A stretch of 64,000 nt of DNA from an uncultured Bacteroides sp. (GTDB lineage: Bacteria; Bacteroidota; Bacteroidia; Bacteroidales; GCA-2748055). Under the pieces are notes generated by a model, which ran no database searches, was not told the origin of the DNA, and saw only the letters and a list, made by a program, of their open reading frames with translations. The stretch is from assembly GCA_964601975.1 (NCBI GenBank), contig CAZRPW010000008.1, positions 10,979 to 74,978 on the forward strand, read 5' to 3'. The translations under genes and the position numbers were made by a program. This document shows positions 1 through 8,706 of the stretch, one piece after another. Every line of letters begins with the position of its first letter. Positions within the stretch are counted from its first letter, which is position 1.

Positions 1-420
1 TGGGCAACCCAGATTTATCCCTATAATGATTCCGTTGACAATGTACTGAACCGGATGATCCATAAGGGGATGCTGACCTGGTTTGTGGATGCCATGTACC
101 CCCAAATGAAGGAAGAGTTTATCATGGGATTCACGGATGATCAGTTGAAGTGGTGCAGGAATAATGAAAAGCAGATGTGGACGCGCCTGGTGGAGGAGAA
201 ACTGCTTTTTTCAAACGACCAGATGACTATCCGGAAATTGACGGAAGACACTCCATATACACAGTTTTTTACGGTTGAATCGCCTGGCCGTGCAGCTGTG
301 TGGCAGGGTATGCAGATTGTTCGTGCCTTTGTCCACAGGAATCCACAGCTATCCCTGAACCAGGTGATGACATGGAGCGATTACCAGGAGTTGCTGCGCC
401 TGTCGAAGTATAATCCATAA
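1..420 (+). CDS. GldB-like gliding-motility lipoprotein, C-terminal fragment (5' end lies outside the window)
   Basis: Frame 1 is open from nt 1 (WATQIYPYND...) into the listed ORF 55..420. The tail ...ESPGRAAVWQGMQIVRAF...SKYNP resembles the GldB family from memory only. Confidence 0.5.
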   Translation, partial: WATQIYPYNDSVDNVLNRMIHKGMLTWFVDAMYPQMKEEFIMGFTDDQLKWCRNNEKQMWTRLVEEKLLFSNDQMTIRKLTEDTPYTQFFTVESPGRAAVWQGMQIVRAFVHRNPQLSLNQVMTWSDYQELLRLSKYNP

Positions 421-460
421 TTTCCCCTCATCCAAAGCCATCAATATATAGCAGGCTTTT

Positions 461-1279
461 TTATGGTTGTTTTTCAGGAAGGAGAGAGCCACAGATTTTG
501 CAATGGTTGGCATCTTCGTCGTGCTGGGTATATCCGCAAGCCTTACATTTTCTTTCAGGAACTTTGTTTCCGGTTTTTACCGCTTTCCCTATTTCCACGG
601 TAATTATCCCTGTAGGGACCGCTATAATTGAGTAACCGGTGAGCATAACCACAGAAGCAATGATTTTCCCCAGAACCGTAACAGGTGCAATATCTCCATA
701 TCCCACTGTAGTGATGGTTACGATGGCCCAGTAAATACTCTGGGGAATGGAAGTGAAGCCGTTTTCCTCGCCTTCAATCAGGTAGAGAAAGGATCCCAGG
801 ATGAGTACCAGGGTGAGTACAGCACCAAAAAAGATGGTGATTTTTCGCCTGCTGCTCTGAAGGGCTTTGACAAGGACTGCTGCCTCCTTCATGTAACGTC
901 CCAGCTTGAAGATTCTGAACATCCTGAGTAGTCGCAGGGCCCTGATGGTAAGAAGGAAGTGGGTCTGATCGAAGTAGAGTCCGAGGTAGGAGGGGAGGAT
1001 GGCCAGCAAGTCGATAATCCCAAAGAAGCTAGTAATATATTTCCAGGGTTTGGGAGAGGAATATACCCTCAGCAGGTATTCAATTGTGAATATAATCGTG
1101 AAGAACCACTCTGTGCTGATGAAAACATTTGGGATTAAATCATGGAAAGAGGAGACACTTTCCATGATCACCACCAGGACGCTGAGAATAATCATGTAGA
1201 GCAGCGCTACATCAAAGGCTTTTCCCGCGGGAGTATCGGTCCCGAAAATAATTATGAATATTTTTTTCCTGAAACTCAC
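461..1279 (-). CDS. Voltage-gated-type (6TM) potassium channel with a C-terminal Cys4 zinc-ribbon tail
   Basis: TVGYGD selectivity filter. S4-like LRLLRMFRIFKLGR. C-terminal CKACG...CKICG. Confidence 0.85.
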   Translation of the reverse strand: MSFRKKIFIIIFGTDTPAGKAFDVALLYMIILSVLVVIMESVSSFHDLIPNVFISTEWFFTIIFTIEYLLRVYSSPKPWKYITSFFGIIDLLAILPSYLGLYFDQTHFLLTIRALRLLRMFRIFKLGRYMKEAAVLVKALQSSRRKITIFFGAVLTLVLILGSFLYLIEGEENGFTSIPQSIYWAIVTITTVGYGDIAPVTVLGKIIASVVMLTGYSIIAVPTGIITVEIGKAVKTGNKVPERKCKACGYTQHDEDANHCKICGSLLPEKQP

Positions 1280-1317
1280 GGCTAACCAAAGTTAACATAT
1301 TTCTGAATCCGACAGGA

Positions 1318-1354
1318 CAAAAAAAGAGGCTGATCCGCCAGGGCGGACAGCCTC
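1318..1354 (-). terminator. Intrinsic terminator downstream of the ferredoxin gene
   Basis: GAGGCTG-aTCCGCC/GGCGGA-CAGCCTC stem at 1326..1354, followed on the minus strand by a T-run (plus-strand A-run 1318..1325). Confidence 0.7.
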
Positions 1355-1375
1355 CAAAAGTTGTTTTTACCGTCC

Positions 1376-1543
1376 CTACTCAGGACTGATTGCCTCAACT
1401 GGACACACATCGGCGCAGGCGCCACAGTCAGTACAAAGATCAGGATCAATTTTATAAATATCTCCTTCGCTGATTGCTTCGACCGGGCATTCGTCTATAC
1501 AAGTCCCACAGGCGGTACACTCATCTGAAATTACGTAAGCCAT
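1376..1543 (-). CDS. 2x[4Fe-4S] ferredoxin, 55 aa (not in the ORF track)
   Basis: My translation is MAYVISDECTACGTCIDECPVEAISEGDIYKIDPDLCTDCGACADVCPVEAISPE*. It has two CxxCxxCxxxCP motifs, an ATG at 1541..1543 and a TAG stop at 1376..1378. Confidence 0.9.
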   Translation of the reverse strand: MAYVISDECTACGTCIDECPVEAISEGDIYKIDPDLCTDCGACADVCPVEAISPE

Positions 1544-1571
1544 GATTATTGTTTTAGAAAATTCAAAGAAG

Positions 1572-1579
1572 CAAATTTA
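1572..1579 (-). promoter_or_regulatory. Bacteroidota-type -7 box (TAAATTTG) upstream of the ferredoxin gene
   Basis: The minus strand reads TAAATTTG (TAnnTTTG consensus) about 30 nt upstream of the ATG. Confidence 0.4.
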
Positions 1580-1621
1580 ATGTAATTTATTTTCCCGACA
1601 ATCAGTCGTGCAGAAAATATC

Positions 1622-2821
1622 TTAATCCTTCTTTGTTTGGAGTAATTCTATTGAAAGATAGGCCAGCAAAGCTGCTCCAGTCTCCAATGCCGATTCATCA
1701 GCCCTGAATCCGGGGGTGTGCAGGTTGAATACTTTGTCTTGCCCGGGCTCTTTTACCCCAAATCGATACAACATTCCCGGGTATGCTTGTGCAAACCATG
1801 CGAAATCTTCAGCAGTCATACGCAGATCCATTTCCTCTACCTTATCAGCTCCAAGGAAATACTCAGCACTTTTTTTGGCACGGCGTGTAATATGCTCGTT
1901 GTTGTGCAGAACAGGGTATCCGGGGCGTATCTCTATCTCGCAATTCCCTCCCATGCTCCTGGCAATTCCATCGGCAATCTGTACGATTAGCCCGTGGGCT
2001 TTTTTTCTCCAGTCCTCGTCCATGGTTCTGAAGGTACCCTCCAGTTGAACCTGGTCGGGCACTACATTGGTTGCGCCGTTTGCAAGGACTTTCCCGAAGG
2101 AAAGAACCGTTGGAATGGCGCTGGGAGCTTTCCGCCTGATCTCCTGCTGAAGCGCTATCAGGATATGTGAGGCCATCAGCACCGGGTCGTTAATATTCTG
2201 GGGCAATGCTCCGTGTCCACCGCGACCGTTTACAGTAATGTATATCTCGTCATTTGAGGCCATGTATCTTCCTTCCCGGAAACCAACATGTCCGGCTTCC
2301 ATCTCGGGCAGTACATGCTGGGCGATAATGGCATCTGGTTTTTTCTCATCGAAGATTCCTTCTTCAAGCATGAGCCTTGCTCCTCCTGGCAGTAGTTCTT
2401 CACCCGGCTGGAAGATAAACTGTAGTTCTCCCCCGAAATGATCTTTCAGTTTGTCAGCTATCCGGAGGGCTCCGAGCAGGGAAGTCATATGAAGATCATG
2501 TCCGCAGGCATGCATAACGCCCGGGCTCTGAGACTGGAATTCAAGTCCTGAATTTTCCTGGATGGGAAGTGCATCCATATCAGATCTCACGGCTATAAAG
2601 GGGCCCGGACCTTTCCCTTTTACCGAGGCCACAATGCCTGTGCGTACAATGGGGTAACGATATTGAATTCCCCATCTGTCGAGCTGTTTCCTTATAAAGG
2701 CAGAGGTCTTTTGCTCTTGAAATGAAAGCTCCGGGTGCTGGTGAAGGTGCCGGCGAATACTGATGAGCTCATCCATGAAAGTGGGTGTTATCAGCGCGTA
2801 AATATGCTCCTTTAAATCCAT
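1622..2821 (-). CDS. M20D-family amidohydrolase (N-acyl-amino-acid amidohydrolase / hippurate hydrolase-like)
   Basis: HACGHD metal-binding motif and a length and overall pattern typical of the M20D family. Confidence 0.85.
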   Translation of the reverse strand: MDLKEHIYALITPTFMDELISIRRHLHQHPELSFQEQKTSAFIRKQLDRWGIQYRYPIVRTGIVASVKGKGPGPFIAVRSDMDALPIQENSGLEFQSQSPGVMHACGHDLHMTSLLGALRIADKLKDHFGGELQFIFQPGEELLPGGARLMLEEGIFDEKKPDAIIAQHVLPEMEAGHVGFREGRYMASNDEIYITVNGRGGHGALPQNINDPVLMASHILIALQQEIRRKAPSAIPTVLSFGKVLANGATNVVPDQVQLEGTFRTMDEDWRKKAHGLIVQIADGIARSMGGNCEIEIRPGYPVLHNNEHITRRAKKSAEYFLGADKVEEMDLRMTAEDFAWFAQAYPGMLYRFGVKEPGQDKVFNLHTPGFRADESALETGAALLAYLSIELLQTKKD

Positions 2822-2827
2822 GGCCTT

Positions 2828-5800
2828 TTAAAAATCAAGACTTAGTGAAAGATAAAACATCCTTGGCTGAACCTCCATGTTTTCCACACCCCAGGCCCAG
2901 TCTAGCCGGATAAAGTAGCCCAGTAGCATGGCTCGTACCCCAACACCATAACCGGCCACAATGGGGTCCCGGTTAGCATCCAGGGTTATGGTAATAGGTC
3001 CGTTTGTAATTACCTCTGTATCCCAGGCATTCTCGCCGGAAAATGGATCCAGCCCGGTCCATGCAGCTCCAACATCTGCAAATCCTACCACCTGGAAATT
3101 GTTCAGGAAACCAGAAGCCAGGGGGTGCCCGGCCAGGTAACGGAAAACGGGTAGTCTGAGTTCGGTATTGAATACAGCAAAATTGTTACCATTCCTGATA
3201 TTCTGGGAGAAGCCCCTCACGTTCGTGGCAAGGGCCTGATAAGCGTAGTTCCTGGTGTAGTCGATGGCCACCGACTGGTTGAAGGTAGGCGTTCTTGTCT
3301 GGTTGAGGTTGATCCAGTTGTCAACACTTCCCAGGTAGTATATAAGGGGACTCCGGCCGAAGGAGGTACTTGCGGCGAAGCGGTTAGCCCAGATCAGTGA
3401 ACGGTGAATCTTTAAATAGTGCCTGAAATCGCCTCCGATCACAAAGAGGTCAGACTTTGCCTGGTTAACCTGGCGGTAAGCTTCTCCAAATATTTTCATG
3501 CGGGTTCCACTGTAGAGGTTGGTTCCCAGAACCCTTGTGTTGTCAAATATCAGTTCCCCCTTTATTCCACCCCATACTTTGGTGATAGGATCGGCATTCA
3601 GGTTGTCGATATCAGTGGCAAGAAAAACCGTATTATCATGCCTGAACGAGACCGTTCCTTTCACTGCGAGTGTCTGGCTTATAGGGTATTTTGTAACACC
3701 CAGCAGTTCGTGTGTGTAGGTTTTAATATACGACTCGTAGGTGTAATTTTTGAATACCTGCCTGTGAAAGAGAAGCTGTTTGTCGAGTCGCTTTTTCACA
3801 TTCTCAAAGCTGAGGAGGTATTCATTACTGTCAAAGTCGGTGGCAAATCGGACTCCGCCAGTAAGCCTGTAATCTTCAAATATATCGTTGGCTCCTACTT
3901 TAAACAGCAGGTTAAGCCCGGGATTGTAGTAGAAGGCTCCCCCGGTAAAGGCCTGGTAAGAAGCATTCAAAAAACTAAAGTCGATCTGGTTTACCAAAAG
4001 ATCGGGATAGAATGCCACCTGGTAGTCGATGTACATCATCCGTTTGGTGGTGCTAGAATCCAAAACCAGGTTCAGGTTCCTGTTTTTCAATTGGTTGTTG
4101 TAATACTTGAGTTTTTCCCTTTCAAAAATGTAATTATTGATGTCGATTTTGAATTCCTGCAAGGCGATGGTATCCCCTTTATGGACCAGCTGGTTATTCG
4201 CAATGTCCTTCATGGAAATGACCTTCTTCTCAACGTGGTGGATCGAGTCCTCCCTCATCAATCTGTCGATATGCCTGTCCCTGTATTCGGTCGGTGGAAG
4301 TTTATTCCCGTGTGTCGGGGTCATATCCATGGGGTAACGGTACATCTGGTAACGGCTGTCGTGATAGATGATCTCAGCAATATCTCCCGTCTCAGTATTG
4401 ATGTCGTGGGAAAGGATATTCCTGTCGTAGTTGGTAAGGGGGATGCTATTGGCAAAGTAGCGATAGTGAATGGTGGTGTCCACCAGGCTGATCACACTGT
4501 CATATTCGGCAAAATAGCGGTTTACAATTCCGTTCTTATCACTCAGGTAAAAGAATTCATTTTTATCTGGCGAGAGCGGTTGTGTGTGGTTAATATAATT
4601 CCCTTCCGAGATCTTTTGCAAATCAGGACTCTTCGATGCATAATCAAAAACAAAGACTGAATAAGCAGTGGTTGTATTGTTTTCGGGATCATCCTTGTCA
4701 AATAGAGTGTTCATCCGGCGGTTTGAGACAAAGGAGATATTGTTCATGTCGTTTATAAAACGAGGATAGAAGTCATCAGCCAGGTCGTTGGTGATTTGTT
4801 CCGTGGTAGACGAGGCCAGGTCAAACACCCATATATCTGTTTGTCCGTCCGTTACAGCCGAGAATGCCAGTTTCCTTGCATCGGGAGAGAAGCTCATGTC
4901 CAGAATCTTTTCAAAGTGGAGCAGATTCCTGGTGGTGAGTTCGCCTGTTTCGAGGTTGTGGAAATGAATTTTCAGTAAGCCCTTTTCTTCTGTGACGAAG
5001 CTGAGAATAAGCGAGGAGGGGTGCCAGGCTATTTCAGGGAAGGAATAGTCGTGGATCTGGTCAAGCTTATATCCTTTTTTATAGATCTTTTTTGTTTTTC
5101 CGCTTGCTTCGTCATGGATCCAAATCTTATATTGCCCTTTCTGGTTTGTGATAAAGGCAAGGTGGGCACCATCCGGACTGATCCTGATGTTTTGATACAG
5201 CCTTTTTTTATTACTCCTTTTCAGAACTTTTCCCTCTTCGGGTAGCCCGGCCCCTTCTACCTCGGCGGAATAAAGTCCCAGGTAGTAGGCTTCCCAGTCA
5301 AAGGATAACTCCTTTAATTTACTTCCCAGGACATAAAGAAATCCACTCTCGGCGTTCTTGTTGATCTTAGTGATGTAGAGGATCTGGGGAATGATTCCCT
5401 GGCCGTACATGTCGGCAATGTATTTCCAGAAAGAGTGTCCGGCATAGCGTGCATCATCATCCTGCAGATTTACAAATTTCCGGTATTTACCAGAGACAAT
5501 GCCGTCCTTTACCCGGTTTTCCAGTTCGTAATTCCAGGGATTTGAGACAAAGGAGATGAGCCCCTCAAGATACCAGTCGGGGAGGTTGATCATGGTGGAG
5601 TTAGTCATGTTATCTCTCAAGCCATTTCCAAACATCATCTCGGTGATCAATACCTCTGCAATGGCTGCCCTGATCTGCCTTTCAAAAGCCACATGATCTC
5701 CGTCAAAATAAAGGAATACTTTGTTTTGGATGATCTGGGTGGTGCCTCCTATATTATATTCCTCGTTTTCTGTGTTGAGCCCAATATTACTTTGCCGGTA

Positions 5801-6100
5801 ATCGGACATCTTATTGTAAGTGAGGAAAATTAGCCTCCTCTCGATCTCGTAATCGAAGAAGCGCTCGATCAGGTCCAGTTCTTTTTCAACAAAATCTGCC
5901 ACATAAAGTGAGAGATCAGTTCCGTTCTCATAGGAGTATACATCGAAGCGGTCGAAGCGGTAAAACTTCCAGTAGCGTTCATTGTACTGAACCCGGTTTT
6001 TCCCGAAAGTCATTTGCATGCCATTGTAAAACTGGGCTGAAAGCTCAAAGGAGCTTATCATCAGTAAAAGCAGGATCCATATGCCAGGTTTTCTTCTCAT
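2828..6100 (-). CDS. Large outer-membrane protein with PD40/TolB-like beta-propeller repeats and a C-terminal Omp85/BamA-like barrel
   Basis: PD40-like repeats (ISPDGAHLAFITNQKGQYKIWIHD, FSPDARKLAFSAVTDGQTDIWVFD). C-terminal NTELRLPVF...YLSLSLDF ends in the aromatic residue typical of an OMP beta-signal. Start placed at MRRKPGIWILLLL before the signal peptide. Confidence 0.7.
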   Translation of the reverse strand: MRRKPGIWILLLLMISSFELSAQFYNGMQMTFGKNRVQYNERYWKFYRFDRFDVYSYENGTDLSLYVADFVEKELDLIERFFDYEIERRLIFLTYNKMSDYRQSNIGLNTENEEYNIGGTTQIIQNKVFLYFDGDHVAFERQIRAAIAEVLITEMMFGNGLRDNMTNSTMINLPDWYLEGLISFVSNPWNYELENRVKDGIVSGKYRKFVNLQDDDARYAGHSFWKYIADMYGQGIIPQILYITKINKNAESGFLYVLGSKLKELSFDWEAYYLGLYSAEVEGAGLPEEGKVLKRSNKKRLYQNIRISPDGAHLAFITNQKGQYKIWIHDEASGKTKKIYKKGYKLDQIHDYSFPEIAWHPSSLILSFVTEEKGLLKIHFHNLETGELTTRNLLHFEKILDMSFSPDARKLAFSAVTDGQTDIWVFDLASSTTEQITNDLADDFYPRFINDMNNISFVSNRRMNTLFDKDDPENNTTTAYSVFVFDYASKSPDLQKISEGNYINHTQPLSPDKNEFFYLSDKNGIVNRYFAEYDSVISLVDTTIHYRYFANSIPLTNYDRNILSHDINTETGDIAEIIYHDSRYQMYRYPMDMTPTHGNKLPPTEYRDRHIDRLMREDSIHHVEKKVISMKDIANNQLVHKGDTIALQEFKIDINNYIFEREKLKYYNNQLKNRNLNLVLDSSTTKRMMYIDYQVAFYPDLLVNQIDFSFLNASYQAFTGGAFYYNPGLNLLFKVGANDIFEDYRLTGGVRFATDFDSNEYLLSFENVKKRLDKQLLFHRQVFKNYTYESYIKTYTHELLGVTKYPISQTLAVKGTVSFRHDNTVFLATDIDNLNADPITKVWGGIKGELIFDNTRVLGTNLYSGTRMKIFGEAYRQVNQAKSDLFVIGGDFRHYLKIHRSLIWANRFAASTSFGRSPLIYYLGSVDNWINLNQTRTPTFNQSVAIDYTRNYAYQALATNVRGFSQNIRNGNNFAVFNTELRLPVFRYLAGHPLASGFLNNFQVVGFADVGAAWTGLDPFSGENAWDTEVITNGPITITLDANRDPIVAGYGVGVRAMLLGYFIRLDWAWGVENMEVQPRMFYLSLSLDF

Positions 6101-6219
6101 TCTATATGAAGGTCTAAAAATAATCATAATTAGGCACATGCGGTTTAAAACTTAGGCCCGATGTTTGCAATTGATAGATTACAACAATAATTGTGCAACT
6201 ATTAATAGGTTTTTTGTGT

Positions 6220-6227
6220 TAATTTTG
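6220..6227 (+). promoter_or_regulatory. -7 box TAATTTTG upstream of the DUF1573 gene
   Basis: TAnnTTTG match 50 nt upstream of the ATG at 6278. Confidence 0.35.
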
Positions 6228-6277
6228 TATTCTATTTTAATTTCTAGGAACAATCATTCAGAAAAAAACGAGAGAAG

Positions 6278-7360
6278 ATGAAACGCTTATTTATGCTGTG
6301 TGCTGTGATGGCTTTGCTGTCACCCCTGGTAGCCCAGACTGTTGCGCCAAAGATATCATTTGAGAAGGATCTTCACGATTTCGGAAAGTTTTTGGAGGCC
6401 GACGGTAAAGTGACCTACAAATTTGAGTTTGTGAATACCGGTGGCGATGACCTTTTTATACAAAATGTGACTGCCTCCTGTGGTTGCACTGCTCCACAGT
6501 GGACCCGAGAGCCGGTAGCCCCCGGGGAAAAGGGGTTTGTTGCTGCCACCTATAATCCTGCTGGCAGACCCGGGCCCTTCAGGAAATACATTACGGTGGT
6601 TTCCAATTCCAATTCGGGAAGTGTCAGGTTAACCATTACCGGTGAGGTAACCCCCAAGCCCCGTTCCATTGAGGATGATTACCGCTATGCAATGGGACCC
6701 ATGCGCCTGAAGTCAAATCATCTGGCTTTTGGGAATGTAAAGAATACCACCACTGCAGAAAAGAAACTTGAAATTATAAATACCTCTGATGAGGCTGTTA
6801 CTGTTGAATTTGAAAGGGTCCCCAAGCATATAGAAATTTCTGTAGTCCCGGCCATTCTGCAAAAGGGTGAAAAAGGATTTCTGGTGGCAAAGTATGATGC
6901 TCCTTTGCGGAATGACTGGGGTTTTGTAATTGACCGGATGGCTCTGAAAATCAATGGAGTTTCCGAAAGAAATTACAGTCTTGTAATCAGTGCGAATATT
7001 GAGGAGGATTTCTCAGTGATGACAGCCGATGAGCTTGCAATGGCACCAGTACTCAGCGTGGACGATCCGGAGTTTAAATTTGGAAAAATCAACCAGGGAG
7101 AAAAGGTTGATCACACCTATGTGCTGACGAATTCCGGTAAAACGGATTTGCATATCCGTAAGGTGAAAGCATCCTGTGGCTGTACCGCAGTTCAGCCCGA
7201 TAAAAATGTGATTGCCCCGGGTGAGTCGGTTAACATTAAAACCGTATTTAATTCAGCCGGGAAAGTGGGCAATCAGAATAAAACCGTTACCATCATCACC
7301 AACGATCCCAAGAATAGCAAAATGATCCTCTGGGTGAAGGGAGAAGTCGTCAAGTCGTAA
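6278..7360 (+). CDS. DUF1573 domain-containing secreted protein (two DUF1573 modules)
   Basis: Signal peptide. Motif ASCGCT(A) occurs twice (NVTASCGCTAPQW, VKASCGCTAVQP). Confidence 0.8.
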   Translation: MKRLFMLCAVMALLSPLVAQTVAPKISFEKDLHDFGKFLEADGKVTYKFEFVNTGGDDLFIQNVTASCGCTAPQWTREPVAPGEKGFVAATYNPAGRPGPFRKYITVVSNSNSGSVRLTITGEVTPKPRSIEDDYRYAMGPMRLKSNHLAFGNVKNTTTAEKKLEIINTSDEAVTVEFERVPKHIEISVVPAILQKGEKGFLVAKYDAPLRNDWGFVIDRMALKINGVSERNYSLVISANIEEDFSVMTADELAMAPVLSVDDPEFKFGKINQGEKVDHTYVLTNSGKTDLHIRKVKASCGCTAVQPDKNVIAPGESVNIKTVFNSAGKVGNQNKTVTIITNDPKNSKMILWVKGEVVKS

Positions 7361-7450
7361 AGTCATCAAGTCCATCAAGTCATCAAGTCCGTAAAGTCCA
7401 TAAAGTCATCAAGTCGTCAAGTCGAAAGTCGAAAGTCGTCAAGTCGAAAG
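7345..7450 (+). repeat. Tandem array of about 13 AAGTCnnn(n) units (8-9 nt period)
   Basis: aagtcgtc aagtcgta aagtcatc aagtccatc ... aagtcgaa. The array starts inside the last codons of the DUF1573 gene. Confidence 0.9.
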
Positions 7451-7465
7451 ATGATTATAAATTAA

Positions 7466-7497
7466 GAGAGCCGGTTGCACATACGCAACCGGCTCTC
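7466..7497. terminator. Bidirectional hairpin GAGAGCCGGTTGC-acatac-GCAACCGGCTCTC between convergent genes
   Basis: Perfect 13-bp stem with a 6-nt loop. No classical T-run. Flanked by repeat arrays on both sides. Confidence 0.6.
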
Positions 7498-7548
7498 TCA
7501 CTTTACAGACTTTACAGACTTTACAGACTTTACAGACTTTACAGACTT
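7498..7548 (-). repeat. Tandem array of 5 x AAGTCTGTA (read on the minus strand)
   Basis: The plus strand reads (ctttacaga)x5. It lies immediately 3' of the minus-strand gene ending at 7555. Confidence 0.9.
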
Positions 7549-7554
7549 AATTGA

Positions 7555-8646
7555 CTAGAGCAAAGCCTCGATCGCTTCGCGGAGTTCTTCGCCATGCAGT
7601 TTCTTCGCAACAATAATCCCTTCTCTGTCAATCAGAACAGTGTGGGGAATGGCCGGGACACCATAGAGTACGGAGCCTTCACACTCCCAGCCTTTCACAT
7701 CGGAGATGTGTTTCCAGGTCATATTGTCATCATCAATGGCCTTGAGCCAGCTTGCCCGGTCGCTGTCCAGTGACACCCCCAGGATCTCAAAGCCCTCTTC
7801 CTGGTAATCGGCGTACATTTCAACCAATTCGGGGTTTGCCCTGCGACAGGGGCCGCACCAGGAAGCCCAGAAGTCAATAAGCAGAACTGATCCATTATGT
7901 ACATCTGAAACTTTGAGCATGGTACCTTCGGGAGTCTCCAGGCCGAAATCTTTATAGGGTTCCCCAATGGCAACATCCTTTTGTTTCTCCATGATATCGA
8001 ACATATAGGTGTACTCTTCAAGTTGCCTTACCGATTGATCAAGGGCATTCAGACTGGTTTCTAAATCCTCCGTTTCCAGGTTGTAAAAAGAGTTTCTCAG
8101 GATGAGTACCGAAGCAAAGGAGGCAGGATTTTCAAGGAGGTAGAGTGAGTCTACTGAAGCTTTAGTGGAGTTGACCTCTTCATAGGATGCAATGATGCTA
8201 TCCGCAGCTGCCTTGTCTTCTTTTTCCATGGCGACATAATATGCATCAACGATGGCTGCCAGCTTACTGTCAAATTCTGCGGAAAGCTCATTGTAGGCGT
8301 TCAGGTCCTTCTGGGCCTGTCCAGTGGATTCAATTACCGGTTCATCGAAGCTTCCGGAGATTGTGTATTCTGCATTTTCAATTAGAAGTTTTATCGATTC
8401 CCTGTCGCCCTTTTTGGCGAGGTACATTGTTTGCACCCCCTCTACACTGTTTGTGAGGACTGCGGGGACACCAGCTTCCACGAGTACGGAATCCACCACT
8501 ATATATTCCCTGTTTACCCTTGCGGTCAGGGTGATCCATTCTCCCTCTATGTTATCAAGCTTAAGATTAACAGTATAACTGTCAGTTGCCTGATTGCAGG
8601 AGGTGATGGCCAGGATGGCCACAATAGACAAAATTAGGTTTCGCAT
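7555..8646 (-). CDS. TlpA/AhpC-like thiol-disulfide oxidoreductase lipoprotein with an N-terminal DUF4369-like domain
   Basis: WASWCGPC thioredoxin motif. Lipoprotein signal MRNLILSIVAILAITSC, so the start is moved to the internal Met. Confidence 0.8.
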   Translation of the reverse strand: MRNLILSIVAILAITSCNQATDSYTVNLKLDNIEGEWITLTARVNREYIVVDSVLVEAGVPAVLTNSVEGVQTMYLAKKGDRESIKLLIENAEYTISGSFDEPVIESTGQAQKDLNAYNELSAEFDSKLAAIVDAYYVAMEKEDKAAADSIIASYEEVNSTKASVDSLYLLENPASFASVLILRNSFYNLETEDLETSLNALDQSVRQLEEYTYMFDIMEKQKDVAIGEPYKDFGLETPEGTMLKVSDVHNGSVLLIDFWASWCGPCRRANPELVEMYADYQEEGFEILGVSLDSDRASWLKAIDDDNMTWKHISDVKGWECEGSVLYGVPAIPHTVLIDREGIIVAKKLHGEELREAIEALL

Positions 8647-8706
8647 TTGTTTCTTTTTTTGATTTAAGGCGCAATAATACAACTATTTATCGTGCTGAAA
8701 CAGGCT

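Noticed and set aside
3419-4660. A 413-aa ORF antisense to the 1,090-aa outer-membrane protein gene. Similar long antisense ORFs occur at 9086..9694, 17399..18082, 43696..44271, 45289..46032, 59548..60261 and elsewhere.
   Set aside because: Each lies entirely inside a well-supported gene on the other strand and has a low-complexity or odd composition (V/G/R/P-rich). These are typical shadow ORFs.
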